Of a DNA stretch of 64,000 nt, positions 48,521-60,288 are shown piece after piece. The stretch's first letter is position 1. Every line of letters starts with the position of its first letter. The stretch covers positions 784,677-848,676 of the forward strand of contig CBFDEM010000002.1 in the NCBI GenBank assembly GCA_965603825.1, read 5' to 3'. The stretch is from Blepharisma stoltei ATCC 30299. Taxonomy: Eukaryota > Protista > Ciliophora. Position numbers and translations under genes: made by a program. The notes beneath the pieces were generated by a model. It was given only the letters and a program-made list of their open reading frames with translations. It ran no database searches and had not been told where the DNA came from.

Positions 48521-49828
48521 ATGGAAACTTCATTTAAGTTAAATCCTATCAAAGCATATTCAAGCCTAAAGACTCCTCAATCAAAAGCCTCCCAGCAGCC
48601 CCCTCACGTTGATTCTGAGATTCCTCAACTCTTAGCATTAATTCAAAGTGAATCTTATGAATTAATAATTTCTAAAGATTTTGAAAACGCAATCCCAAAG
48701 CTGAAAAAACTCGAACAAATATTAGAAGCTTTAATAATCCAAGGAACCAATAGTGATTCTGACCTTATTTTAGCTACTATTCATAATATTGCTCTATGCT
48801 ACCAGAGAATAGGAGATTTAGAGAAATGTATTGCTTATCTTGAAGGGTGCCTTTTCAATGTAAACAAGTTTGGAGCGATGAATTCTTGTAATACCCTTAT
48901 GGAAGGAGAATTAAAACGGAATCTTTATAAAATAAAACTGTATGTACAGTCCTGCGCCGTTCTATCACAGCTAGAAAAACATAAAAAAGCTTTAGACAAT
49001 GCCAAAAACGCTTTGAAATTAAGTTTAACCGCAATACGCCTCACCATTCAAGCCTGCAAGGCTCAGCTAAAAAAATACAAAGCCTTAAAGCAGCGAAATT
49101 CTTTAATTACTGATGATTTAAGAAAAAGTTATAAGGTCATCTACATGTCCTATCCTGCCATTAAAGCTTTACGAAAATATTTACTGACAGGTTCTTTAAA
49201 TCACCATCAAAAAATTCGGTCAGTTTTAGGTATAAAAGACGACCCCGACTGGTTAAAAACCTTAACGATCTCTGACATTATGTTTATGCAGCCTTACACT
49301 ACTGAAGATCTCAAGCAATCTTTAGGTCTCCAAGTAGAGTTTACTAACGATTATTTATTATATAAAATTTGCTTATTAGCTGTCAGTCATTTTTGTATAT
49401 CGACTGAGCTCCGTTATATGAGCGCTTACGATGATGCTAAAAAGGCTCACAAAAAATCAGTAGAAATTCTTGAGTATTTCATTCCAGACGTGTCACCATT
49501 AAGAATTCATATAGAAGAATGCTATAAGAAAAGGTTTGGGGAAGATGAAATCATGCTAAATCAGACTGCTGATAATATTCATACGAAAAAAAGAAACTCC
49601 TCGATGCTGCCAAGTATAATAGAAAGACCCGAATCCTTATCACCGAGATTGGCAGAAAATAAAAATAAACATTTTAATGCAACTTTGAGACCTCATAGTG
49701 TACTAAGCAAAGGGAAAGTGACTGCTGAAAAAAGGAAAAACGCGACTATGAAATTAAGCGAATTAAAAAGAAAAAACAGCAATGAAGAAATAAAGCTTAA
49801 TATTTCAGCAAGGTTGGATTGAGGATAA
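48521..49828 (+). CDS. TPR-containing protein
   Basis: TIHNIALCYQRIGDLEKCIAYL and CAVLSQLEKHKKAL; ends TGA GGA TAA. Confidence 0.75.
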
Positions 49829-49869
49829 TGATTAAATTTTCCTGTTTATTATAATTCTAACAATTTAAA

Positions 49870-50544
49870 ATGGCAAGCAATGAAAATTTGCTTTATGATT
49901 CCCTTATGCTCAACCATTACAACAGCTCTTCAAAGCTTTCAGGAAAATTAAATTTTACATGGAACCAAGACCTTGTGCTCCTACAGAGAACTGATATCTC
50001 AAACTTTGCGGCCGAATCACTAAAAACAATAGACAGCAGCTTAGCAAATCTAGGTTTCGAGCCGATTGAGAAAAAAACGGAAAAAGAGAAAACCAAGAGC
50101 CCTTCAACAGAGTCTGACCTCAGTGTAAAGCTTAAAGCTTTGAGCTCCACATATAGAAGTAATAATTCACAAACCCTAAGCTCTAGCAAAAAGATGAAGG
50201 TAACTGATAGGAATTTCTTGAGTGACGAAATAAGGCAGAATAAAAAAATAGAAGAAATTCAGAATTTTATAGCAGAAAGAGAGCAGACAAGAAGAGTTCA
50301 TCTACAAAGAGCAGGATCTATAAGCAGCCAAGGGATGAGGAAAGAATTAAGGACTGCGCATAGTTTAAGAAGAATGGATCCTACAACTGTGAATTTTATA
50401 TAGAGAAATAATGTAACTACAGAAAGGCCAAACTCATCAAGCACTGTTGCTTTTGGGGCAAGAAGCCAGATGGCAAAATATTCAAACACGAATATTTTGA
50501 AAAAAATAAATGGGGGTAAAAAATATCAAAAATCTTTGTTATAA
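49870..50544 (+). CDS. Hypothetical protein with one 15-nt intron
   Basis: The frame continues for 46 codons after GTGAATTTTATATAG is removed (..STVAFGARSQ..) to TAA 50542-50544. Confidence 0.7.
50389..50403 (+). other. 15-nt spliceosomal intron
   Basis: GTGAATTTTATATAG: GT..TAG with A at position 10, matching the heterotrich tiny-intron pattern; contains an in-frame TAG. Confidence 0.8.
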
Positions 50545-51886
50545 TCCTATTGATTAGATATATATTATATACAGCAAATATAATGTAATATATAGACATT
50601 TTTAAATATTAAACTTTTATTTATTTTTAGTATGGACTAATTAATTCAATATGATTTTTGAAATTGAAAACGGTAAGATTTTCAATGAATGATATTAAAA
50701 ATTATAGTTAAAATCAAGGATTATGAGCAGGATTCCTGCTGGATAAGCAAAAGATGTATGAGAATTTTCTTAATAGATGCCCTTTTTTCTGTAATTTTCT
50801 GAAAATTGAAAAGTTTAAAACTCTTGCTGGGTTTAGCTTTATGTGAGGTAAACATAAGAAAATTTAATTGACTTTATAATTATTAAATGATACCAATTAA
50901 TCAAAAAATTGCTTTAATTCCCATTCTTATTGATTCATCAAATTAAGGCTTAAATAATATATCTTTTAAAAGAGCATTATAAATGCGGAAAGAATTAAAT
51001 AAAAAAGCATTTATGCTAATGGAAAATTAAATAAATTTTAAAAAATATTGATAAAGTGAATAGAGCTTTATCAGCAAAAAAATGGAAAAGTGCTTCAATT
51101 TTCAAATATTTAGATGAGAATGCAAGTTTAACATAACATATTCAAGCAAAAGTAGAATCTTGACACTAAAAAGAAATTCTCTGAGAGAGCTGGAACATTG
51201 AAACCACTATTAAAAGAAAAATCGTCAAAATATGCAAACATAAGTCAACAAAGAATTTAATTTAAAAATTAGGGGCACGCTTTTATTTGCTGTCGATGAA
51301 AATTTAAGTGAAGATTTACCTAAGTATACGATGCTTATGTGCAAATTATTGACTGTTATTCAGCTATAAAATTTGAATTATAATGCTTTTGAATTACCTA
51401 AACTTCAGCTTGCTTAGTATAAAAAAAATAAACTGTCATAATTATGCGAGAAGCTCTTTATTAAACTAAAGGATTATAAAAATCTTACAGTAAACTTGTT
51501 TATATAACATAATTTTCATATTAAAATGCAGTAATATGATAATCTATTAATTCCATAATTACTGAACGAAGAATTACAAATTTCGGTCAGAACCTGAAAG
51601 GAAAATTTCAAAAATTCTTAAACAGAGTATAAATAAATCCCTAAAAGTCTTCAGCCATCAAAAAGCACTCACATCATTAGGATAATTTTACCACAGCCAA
51701 CAGTCCAAAAATTCAAAAAATAACCATTAAGCCAGTATTAATATAGGCCAAACACCCCGAACCCACAAAGAGGAAGATCCAAGCTCTTCTCTCCCCACCA
51801 CATGGCGTTACAGTTTTGCTAGATTTTTAGGCTAGCTAATAATGGATAACTACATATCTTTCATACTGATGCATGTTTTATAAAAT

Positions 51887-52150
51887 ATGGGACTTTGTGT
51901 TTCTAAGAAGCCACAAAATCTAAAGTCCTATAAAGACACAAAAGTAATTTCCATAGACTCTCTAAAGATAAAAAAGCTAAAACGAAAACTGCTTAAGAAA
52001 AAGGCTGAAAAAGCTCCGAAATTAGAACTTGGAAAGAACTTACTATACCTCAGGCGACAAAAATCAAATATCAGGTCAGAAGAAACTTCTTATGATATCA
52101 ATACAAAAGCCTTCACAGAAGATAATTCCCCCGTAACAAAAGTTGAGTAA
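51887..52150 (+). CDS. Small basic protein with N-myristoylation/palmitoylation-type start
   Basis: MGLCVSKK start; 87 aa; ATG follows an A-rich context. Confidence 0.55.
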   Translation: MGLCVSKKPQNLKSYKDTKVISIDSLKIKKLKRKLLKKKAEKAPKLELGKNLLYLRRQKSNIRSEETSYDINTKAFTEDNSPVTKVE

Positions 52151-53089
52151 ATTTTAAAACTACAAAATTAATATATTTAAATAAATTAGCTTAAGGTTGA
52201 GCCTGAGTATATTTATTTTAGCTAATAAAGCTGAATGATTATTGATTTTGCAGCTTATAACTTAAAATGGGTTTAAATTTGCTAAGCGTCAACAACGAGT
52301 TTGCACCATTTTCACCATTGATTTGTCTCTATTTTAACAATGGATTATTCTTTATGGAGGGAATGTATTTTTAGGCTGAATTTTGCTTTATTTTTGAACA
52401 TCAGAATGTTTAAGCCATTCTTATAGTTTTTTTTTATTTTTCTGAACATAAAATTTGACTGATAAGAATAATTCAATTTTTAAATATAATATTAAATGAA
52501 TTTTATTTGACAAGCACTTGCCAATATTCGCTTGGATTAATTAATTTTTTTCCTGCTTAATTCGAGAAAATAAGGTACCATAATCGTTTCTTAAAGATGG
52601 AATATTACCTATAAATAACAAGAGAAAAGGATAAATAAACTAATAAATTAATGGATTTATTCTAATATAAATTGCCAAGCTCTTATAAGAGCTTGAATTC
52701 TTTGAATTTCTTATAAGAGAGTCATTATATGAAAATATAGATGACACCTGAATTAAGATAATTACTAATTGTTCTATTCAGTTTTTAGAGTTTTGATTAG
52801 CAGCAATAAATTTAATTATAGGAAATAATTTCATAAAAATATTAGTTTAGCGGAAAAATGCTAATGATAGTAAAAAGGACTTTTATACCTTTTTTCAGCT
52901 AGGCTATCAATTTTTTTAAGAAAATATTTTAAGAAGTTTAATTATAAATGATTATTATAATTCTCTCAGCATATTAAGCAGCATTCTGGCATTATTACCC
53001 TGAATCATCAATTTGTATTTAAAATAATGCGGCTTCCTTATAGCTAGATACTTAAGCTTATTTAATTACAAACACTCCATATTTTACAA

Positions 53090-54079
53090 ATGCAAGTAGA
53101 AGAACAGCAATCTTCCTTACCTTATAATGAAGTTGACAAGCTCCAAAATTATGGAATCAACGTAGCTGATATCAATAAGCTAAAAACTGCAGGGCTCTGC
53201 ACTGTTCTTGGCGTCATCATGACAACTCGAAAAGATCTTATTAATATAAAAGGTCTATCTGATGCCAAAGTCGACAAAATCCTTGAAGCTTGTACCAAGC
53301 TTGAATCCGCTCATTTTATGACAGGAAATGAGCTTCAGAGTAAGCGTCAAATGGTTTTCCGCCTCTCAACTGGCAGCTCAGCTTTGGATACTTTACTAGG
53401 TGGCGGTATAGAATCTATGTCAATAACTGAAGCTTTCGGTGAGTTTCGCTCAGGGAAAACACAAATTGGCTTAACACTCTGTGTTACCGCCCAACTCCCA
53501 AAAACTCAAGGTGGAGGAGAAGGCAAAGTTGCTTACATTGACACTGAAGGCACTTTTCGTCCTGATAGAATTGCCCAAATTGCAACCCGCTTCCAGGCAA
53601 ATCCTGAAGAAGTATTAGAAAATATCCTCTATGCCCGCGCTTATACAGTTGAGCATCAGTTTCAGCTCCTTACCTTAATTGCTGCCAAAATGACTGAAGA
53701 ACCTTTTTCCTTGCTGATAGTAGACTCAATTATGGCTCTGTTTAGGGTGGATTATTCTGGAAGAGGAGAATTAAGTGAAAGGCAGCAAGTTTTGGGGAAA
53801 ATGCTGAGCAGGATCATGAAGATTGCAGAGCAGTTTAATGTAGCGGTCTATTTGACTAACCAAGTTATGGCTGATCCTGGAGGAGGAGCAAGCTTTGTGC
53901 CAGATCCAAAAAAGCCTGTAGGTGGGCATGTGCTTGCACATGCCAGTACCACGAGATTGTACTTGAGGAAAGGAAGAGGTGAACAAAGAGTTTGTAAAAT
54001 TTTTGATTCGCCATGTCTGCCAGAAGCTGAAGCAACCTTTCAAATTGGACTTGGAGGAGTTGAAGAAGCAAGTGAATAA
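53090..54079 (+). CDS. DMC1: Meiotic recombinase DMC1
   Basis: [62 protein letters not shown]; these residues are DMC1-type rather than RAD51-type. Confidence 0.92.
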   Translation: MQVEEQQSSLPYNEVDKLQNYGINVADINKLKTAGLCTVLGVIMTTRKDLINIKGLSDAKVDKILEACTKLESAHFMTGNELQSKRQMVFRLSTGSSALDTLLGGGIESMSITEAFGEFRSGKTQIGLTLCVTAQLPKTQGGGEGKVAYIDTEGTFRPDRIAQIATRFQANPEEVLENILYARAYTVEHQFQLLTLIAAKMTEEPFSLLIVDSIMALFRVDYSGRGELSERQQVLGKMLSRIMKIAEQFNVAVYLTNQVMADPGGGASFVPDPKKPVGGHVLAHASTTRLYLRKGRGEQRVCKIFDSPCLPEAEATFQIGLGGVEEASE

Positions 54080-54340
54080 ATGTTTTCTAATAAATTTTTA
54101 CAAGATAGCTGCTTGAGAAATGGCTGATATAAGTAAATTAAGAAAGCTTAGTCTTTCCTATAGATTTTGCTTAATAAAACTTATCTGAATTTAGTTTATT
54201 ATATACATTGAGGAGAATTTTATACTTTATTTATAGATTTTCTTATCAATCATTATTATATAAAAATTTCTTATATCTGCAGTGATTTTATACCTAAAAT
54301 TCTAAAATTTTTTGATAAAATACAAATTAAGCTAACTTTT

Positions 54341-54652
54341 TTATTCATAAGCGTTTAATCTAAACTTATGACCCTTTGATCCAAGATAATAAGGAATTAC
54401 TGGTAGGTAAAGGATAGCCAAATACCCAACAACCTTAAATGCTCCACTGACGCCTTGATAACTTGGAACATGACGGGAAAAAAACCCATATTCGTAATCA
54501 GGTGGAGTGCCTCTGACTGTAATTCTTTGCTTTCTTCCAAGGAAGGCCCAAACAATCTTATCAGCAAGTTTAGAAAATCTTCCAGGCGTAGACCATGGCT
54601 CAGGCTCGTGGTAGTGGCCTCTAATCTTGTCCATCTTTTCTAAGTGGCTCAT
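54341..54652 (-). CDS. Small single-TM protein of unknown function
   Basis: 103 aa with a C-terminal hydrophobic helix VVGYLAILYLPVIPYYLG; coding-like composition. Confidence 0.6.
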   Translation of the reverse strand: MSHLEKMDKIRGHYHEPEPWSTPGRFSKLADKIVWAFLGRKQRITVRGTPPDYEYGFFSRHVPSYQGVSGAFKVVGYLAILYLPVIPYYLGSKGHKFRLNAYE

Positions 54653-54883
54653 CTTAAATATTATAAATGGTCTTTATGCTCATTTTCTAACAAAAATCTA
54701 ATTTCTATCAGTATGGCTAAGATTATGAACCAAATTAAGCATATTTAATAAAATATGAAAATAGAGACTTTTCTATTAAATTCGTGAAAATAAAAGCAAA
54801 TTGCTTAAAATTTATTTAAAAATATTACAATTTATCAATTTTTATATAAAATACGAAAAATTAGAAAATGCCCTCTTACATTC

Positions 54884-57800
54884 ATGAAATCTCATAATTT
54901 AAATATGAATCAAGAAGTCATATGCGAAATCTTGACTGATGCCGGGAAACAAGGAAAAATCACCCTTTTATCAGCTCTTTATAGTTACGATAAAATTCTG
55001 CAGCAACGCCAAATTGATAAACTTTCAATAGCTGGGACAAACCTGTACAAAATTCTTCTGATCTGAGGAAGAGATAAAAACAATTTGTGATGGGAAAAAT
55101 ATGATAAAGAATTCGGGAGAGATTCTGGAGCATTGAAGCTTGATGAGCTTATATCTGCAAAAAATAAAGCTGATCCGCCAAGTTTCGATGAAAAAAGCGC
55201 TTTACAATTTCTTAAAACTATAAAAGAACAAGAACAAAAGGCAGAGCAAAACTCAAAATTGTTGAGCAGCTTAAAAGAAAGCTTAAGCTTTGGGCAAAAG
55301 GATTTTGACAATGAATTAAAAAGTTTTAAAGAAACTTTGCCGAAGTTTAAAGATTTTAATGAGCAGTTAAAAAAGCCAGTCGAAAAGACTATAGATACTT
55401 CAATGTTCAGAGCTGAATTATTTGTGAAAAAAATCAGCAAATTATATTTAAAAAAATTTTGGAAAAATTGGTGACGAGATTTAGGAGGAATCACAAAATT
55501 TTATAAGGAATCCCTTCTGAAAAAAACATTTTATGCTTTAACCTCCCATGTCCACAACAGTCTTCGGTTAAAACTCCTAGCAGAAAAATCCACAAAAACC
55601 TTAGGAACCATCAAACTAAGAATGTATTTTGAAGCTTGGACACAATATAAATTATTAAACTTAAGAAAAGAATTATCGTTAAAAATCGCTGACAAAATGT
55701 TTATGAAAAAGATATGGGAAATCTGGAAAAAAGAAATGAGAAAAACAGAAATTCTGAAGACCATGAAATATACTGCAAATTTTATTCACAAACAGTGGCT
55801 GCTTAAAAAGTCATTTCTTGCTTTAGCTAGACATGTGAATAAGAGCATGAATATGAGAGTATTAGAAGATAAAGCTATAAATAAAATAAATAACTTGAAG
55901 CTTGGTGTTTATTTTACAGCTTGGCTAGAGTTCAATAAAATAAGGCTTGAAGAGAAACTTAGTGAAGAATTTTCAAAAAAGATTGCTGATAAATTTTATA
56001 TGAAAAAGATATGGAGACTATGGAAAAGGGAAATGAAAAGGGTGGAAAAGCTAAGAGAAATAAAAAAATCAGTTCATATGATACATAATCAATGGCTAAT
56101 TAAAAACTCCCTATATGGGCTAGTTTGGAATGTCAATAGAAATACCAACTTAAAAATGCTTGAAATGAAGGCCATCGAAAAAATTGAAAACATTGAACGA
56201 AAAGTTTACTTTCAATCATGGCTTGAATATAACAGAATAAAATTAATCAAAAAAATAAATGGACTAAAAGGCGATGCAATTGAGCAAAAAGCTGACAGAA
56301 AATTATTGGTAAAAACAATAGCAGGGTGAAATGAGGTTGCACAGTGGTATAAATGCACAGCAGTTTTGTCTTCTAAAAGAATTATTCCCAAAATTGTTCA
56401 ATCTTGGAAGAAATATACAAGGAAAATGAGGATGATAAAATATATTTATTCTACCTATGACGAAAAAAGTAAAAAATCATTGAAGGTAAACTCTTTTAAT
56501 AATTGGCATCAAAAATTCAAAATCCTCAATAAAAGAAGAGAAAATAAAATAATTTCTAGCAAAATGATAAGAAAAAAATTATTGAAAAAATACATCAGCC
56601 AATGAACCAAAAAATATTCAAATAAAGTCAAAAAGCATCACATTTCTCATATAGGAGCAAAATTCTTTTTTGACAAAACCTTAACTAATTATTGGCAAAT
56701 TTGGAGAAAATTGTTTTTAAAAAGAATTACAATCGAAATAAAAAGCGAGAATTATGGCAGGAGAGAGGAGACTTTAATTAGAAAAGCCATGAAAGGATGG
56801 TTTCTTGCACAGCCAATCATAAGAATTCAAAATCAAAGACTAAGAAGAATCAGAGAAGAATATGCTATTAATTTAGCGAAAAAATCAATAAAAGCATGAA
56901 GAGATAATATTGTTTATCATAAAACCAAAATACAGCTATATAATCATCTGCATAAAAGCATTGAGGTCATTAAAAAAAGACAAATTATTAAAGCTATGAA
57001 AATATATTCCGAGTGGAAAATCAAGCAAAATCAAAGAGACTCAATGCTTGTTACTCAAGTTTATAGGCTTAGAAAAGAAACAATAATGAAAAAATGATAT
57101 AATAGGGCACTTCTATTTAGCTCCTGTAGGTATTTTGAAGAAGCCATGTTTAGGTACCAAAAGCGGTGCTTTATTAAAAAATTGGCTCAAAATTTGGAAA
57201 TGCAACATTTAACGCTTGCTTATCTAGATATTCATAGAGAGCAAAATTTAATTAAAACAGTTTTTACTAACTGGCAAGGCTGGATTCTAAAGAAAAAAAG
57301 CTTAAAGTCGCGATACCTTAAATTCAAGCTGATTTCTCACAAGTACAAATTACTTAAACCTTTCGCAAGATGGAAAAGAGCTTATTTTGGTATAGCCTGT
57401 GCATTCCAAAGCAGATTTCTATATCTGAAAAACCAAGTTTTCCAATGGTGGGCAAATATTACTCAAAGAAAACACGTCGAATTGGAGATGCAAGCTGAAA
57501 TGATTGAAAAATGCAAAAATCGGGAAAAATCAAGGGTTTTTTATTCCTGGCTTTGTGCTGCGATTAAAAGGCAGCAAGCCATTTTTAATGCAAACTCACT
57601 GATGACTATTAGATTACAAAAATGGTTTGACATGTGGAGAAAAGAATTTGCGTGAAAAATGCATAAAAATGAAGCAATAAATTATATACAGAGTGCGAAC
57701 TCTTTATATAACCAGAGACGAGCACTTTTTATTTTGAAAAACAATGCTGATTATTCACAAGAAAAGAAAAACATGAATGAAAAAGCGTTTTATATGTACA

Positions 57801-60076
57801 AAATGAAGGTGGCAGGCAAAGTTATTAGCATTTGGCATGAAAATGCGAAAGAATTTTCTTCAAATAATGTGGAGGTAAATAAGATATTGGTGAAGGTTAA
57901 TAAAAGAATTATTACTGAAGCTTTCAAAAGCTGGCTTGGAGCAGTTTCTCATAAATTCAGCAAAATGAAAGCAGTGAAATGAATGGAAGCGCAATTAGGT
58001 ATTAAATCATTGAAAAATTCTATGAAAAAATGAAATAAAGAAGCCAAATCAGCTAGGGCTAAAGAAAATCTTGATAATTGCTTTGAAAAAATTTATGATA
58101 ATATTCTTAAAAAAAGGTGCCTTAAGTGTTGGATCGTGAAGTCGTCAAATAGAAAAACGCTAAAATCCAAAGAAAATGCATTAAAATCTTTATCAAATAC
58201 AAATACTCTATCAAGATGCTTAAAGAGTTGGACATCAGAAGTCAAATACAAAATTGAAACCAGCACAAAAAGAGAAAAAATAAATAAAAATTTCATAAAA
58301 AAACTCAAGTCAAAAATTCTCAAATCATGGAGGGATTTATCTGTAGACAGAAAAGTGATTATTGACAAATTAATTAAATTCAAGAAAAATTGCTCTCTTA
58401 AGCTATCCTCAAAAATATTAAAAGAAGTGCACAGCTATGCCGATAAAAAAATTATATTTAAAGAAAAATTGGGAAGCGCTTCAAATTCAATTAATAAGAG
58501 CAGAAAGTTATTTGCAATTAATAAACTCCATGAAAACGCAAATAAGAAAATAAACGCAAAAGAAATGATAAACACAGCAAATAAATTCAGAAAAATATTC
58601 CTCACGAAGAAGGCAATAATCTCATTAGCACACAATACAGAATTATCAAAATCGATTAAACTAAAAACAAGTGAATTTGTCTCATCTATTGAGTTTATAC
58701 TGAATCATTTTAAGCTACAAAATAGTTTTAGCATAGTTAAGGGAATATTTTTCAATGAAAAAGAAATGCTTGGAACTGCAGAAAAAGAATTGAAAACATG
58801 CTCACTCAGAAGGGTTATTCAAGGATGGCTTAGAGAAGCAAGAACAAAAGCAAACTTGATATTGAAAAAAGAAATTTTATTGAAAAAAAGAAATGAAAAG
58901 ATCGAAAAAGAGACATTAGAAACTTGGCAAAATATGATGAAACTAAGCTTTGCTGTCAAAAAATTCAGCTATAAATTAAAAAGAAAGAGCACCAAAAAGT
59001 TCTTCAGCAAATGGAGAAGCCAATTTAAATGTATTGAGTTTATCAAGCAAAAAAAATTCCTAATTAAATCAAAAATCTTCAAAAGTATCAAAAATTATGC
59101 AAAAACATCACATGATACAATTAAAAAACTTGAGTTTTCTGCGACAATAAAAAACACAAACTTCTCGTATGTAGTTTTTAATGCTTGGAAATCATATTAC
59201 CTCAAAAACAAAAATGCTGAAGAATTAAGGATTAAGTTTGAGTCTAAAACAGAAGACTTGGTTAAGAAAATTCTTAAATCTTGGCATGAATGGGCTCAGA
59301 AATTCAGAAAAAATATTGAAACAGCAACAGCGTTTATCAAAAAGAAAGAAAATGATATTTTAAAAAAATATTATCAAATTATTAGGACTAATTATAAACA
59401 ATTAGCCTTTAAGAGACATTTGGAAGGATTCTTATTGAGAAAAAGCATGATTTCGTGGCTGGAATTTGTGAATATTGATAAAAAATATGAGTTAATAGCA
59501 GAAGCTGCTCATGAGCAATTTTTGAAGCAGAAAACAATTGCTTTCTTTAAGAATTTGAAGCTTCTGCTGACTTTGAAGCAGAAAAAAGAAATAAATCATG
59601 AAAAAATATATTACATATTTTGCAAAAAGGCATTTAACCAATTCCGACTTGCTTTTTATGCATCAAGAGCTAGCAAAAGCAGCAAAATAAAAGCAACCCA
59701 GCACATCCACGCAATCAGAAAACTTAAAGTCTTATATTCTTGGAAGTTATGGCTTCAGCAGCGCTTTGAAGCTCATATAACAGTAGAAGAGAACATGGTC
59801 AAAGCATACGAGCATTATCATCGATCTTTAATTTCAAGAGCCTTTTATGGGTGGGATAATGAGATTTCAAGCTCTGGCGTGAAAAAGACTAGATCAATTA
59901 TGCATTCAATTTTCTCAGCATGGAAAATCGCTACAAGAGAAAGCTCTCTATTAAAGAGATATTTGAGAGAAAGCAATATCAGTGAAAGATATATGAGAAC
60001 TTCTAGAGATCACCCTGAAAGCGCTTTGGTTACTTTAAGATCCGTAAGCTCTGTAGGGAGCATTTCTTCCCAATAA
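54884..60076 (+). CDS. Large Sfi1-like repeat (centrin-binding) protein, ~1730 aa
   Basis: Eight ORF-track pieces are in one frame, separated only by TGA; repeated L-x3-F-x2-W[KR] motifs. Confidence 0.85.
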
Positions 60077-60288
60077 TTCAATTTTTAAATAATTTAATTT
60101 CTGAAATTTAATAGGCCACTTCGTCTGAGTATTATGAAAAGAGTTTATAGAGGATCTTCTTAAATTGCATAATAATTTTTGCATTTTATAATTTAAAAGA
60201 ATTTTATGATTTTGTAGATTCTTCTTCGCCCATTTTATCACAAATATTAAGGGCTTAAGTTTCAAAAATGTAGAATGCTATAATTATT

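Noticed and set aside
53090-54079. RAD51 call
   Set aside because: Diagnostic residues ([26 protein letters not shown]) match DMC1.
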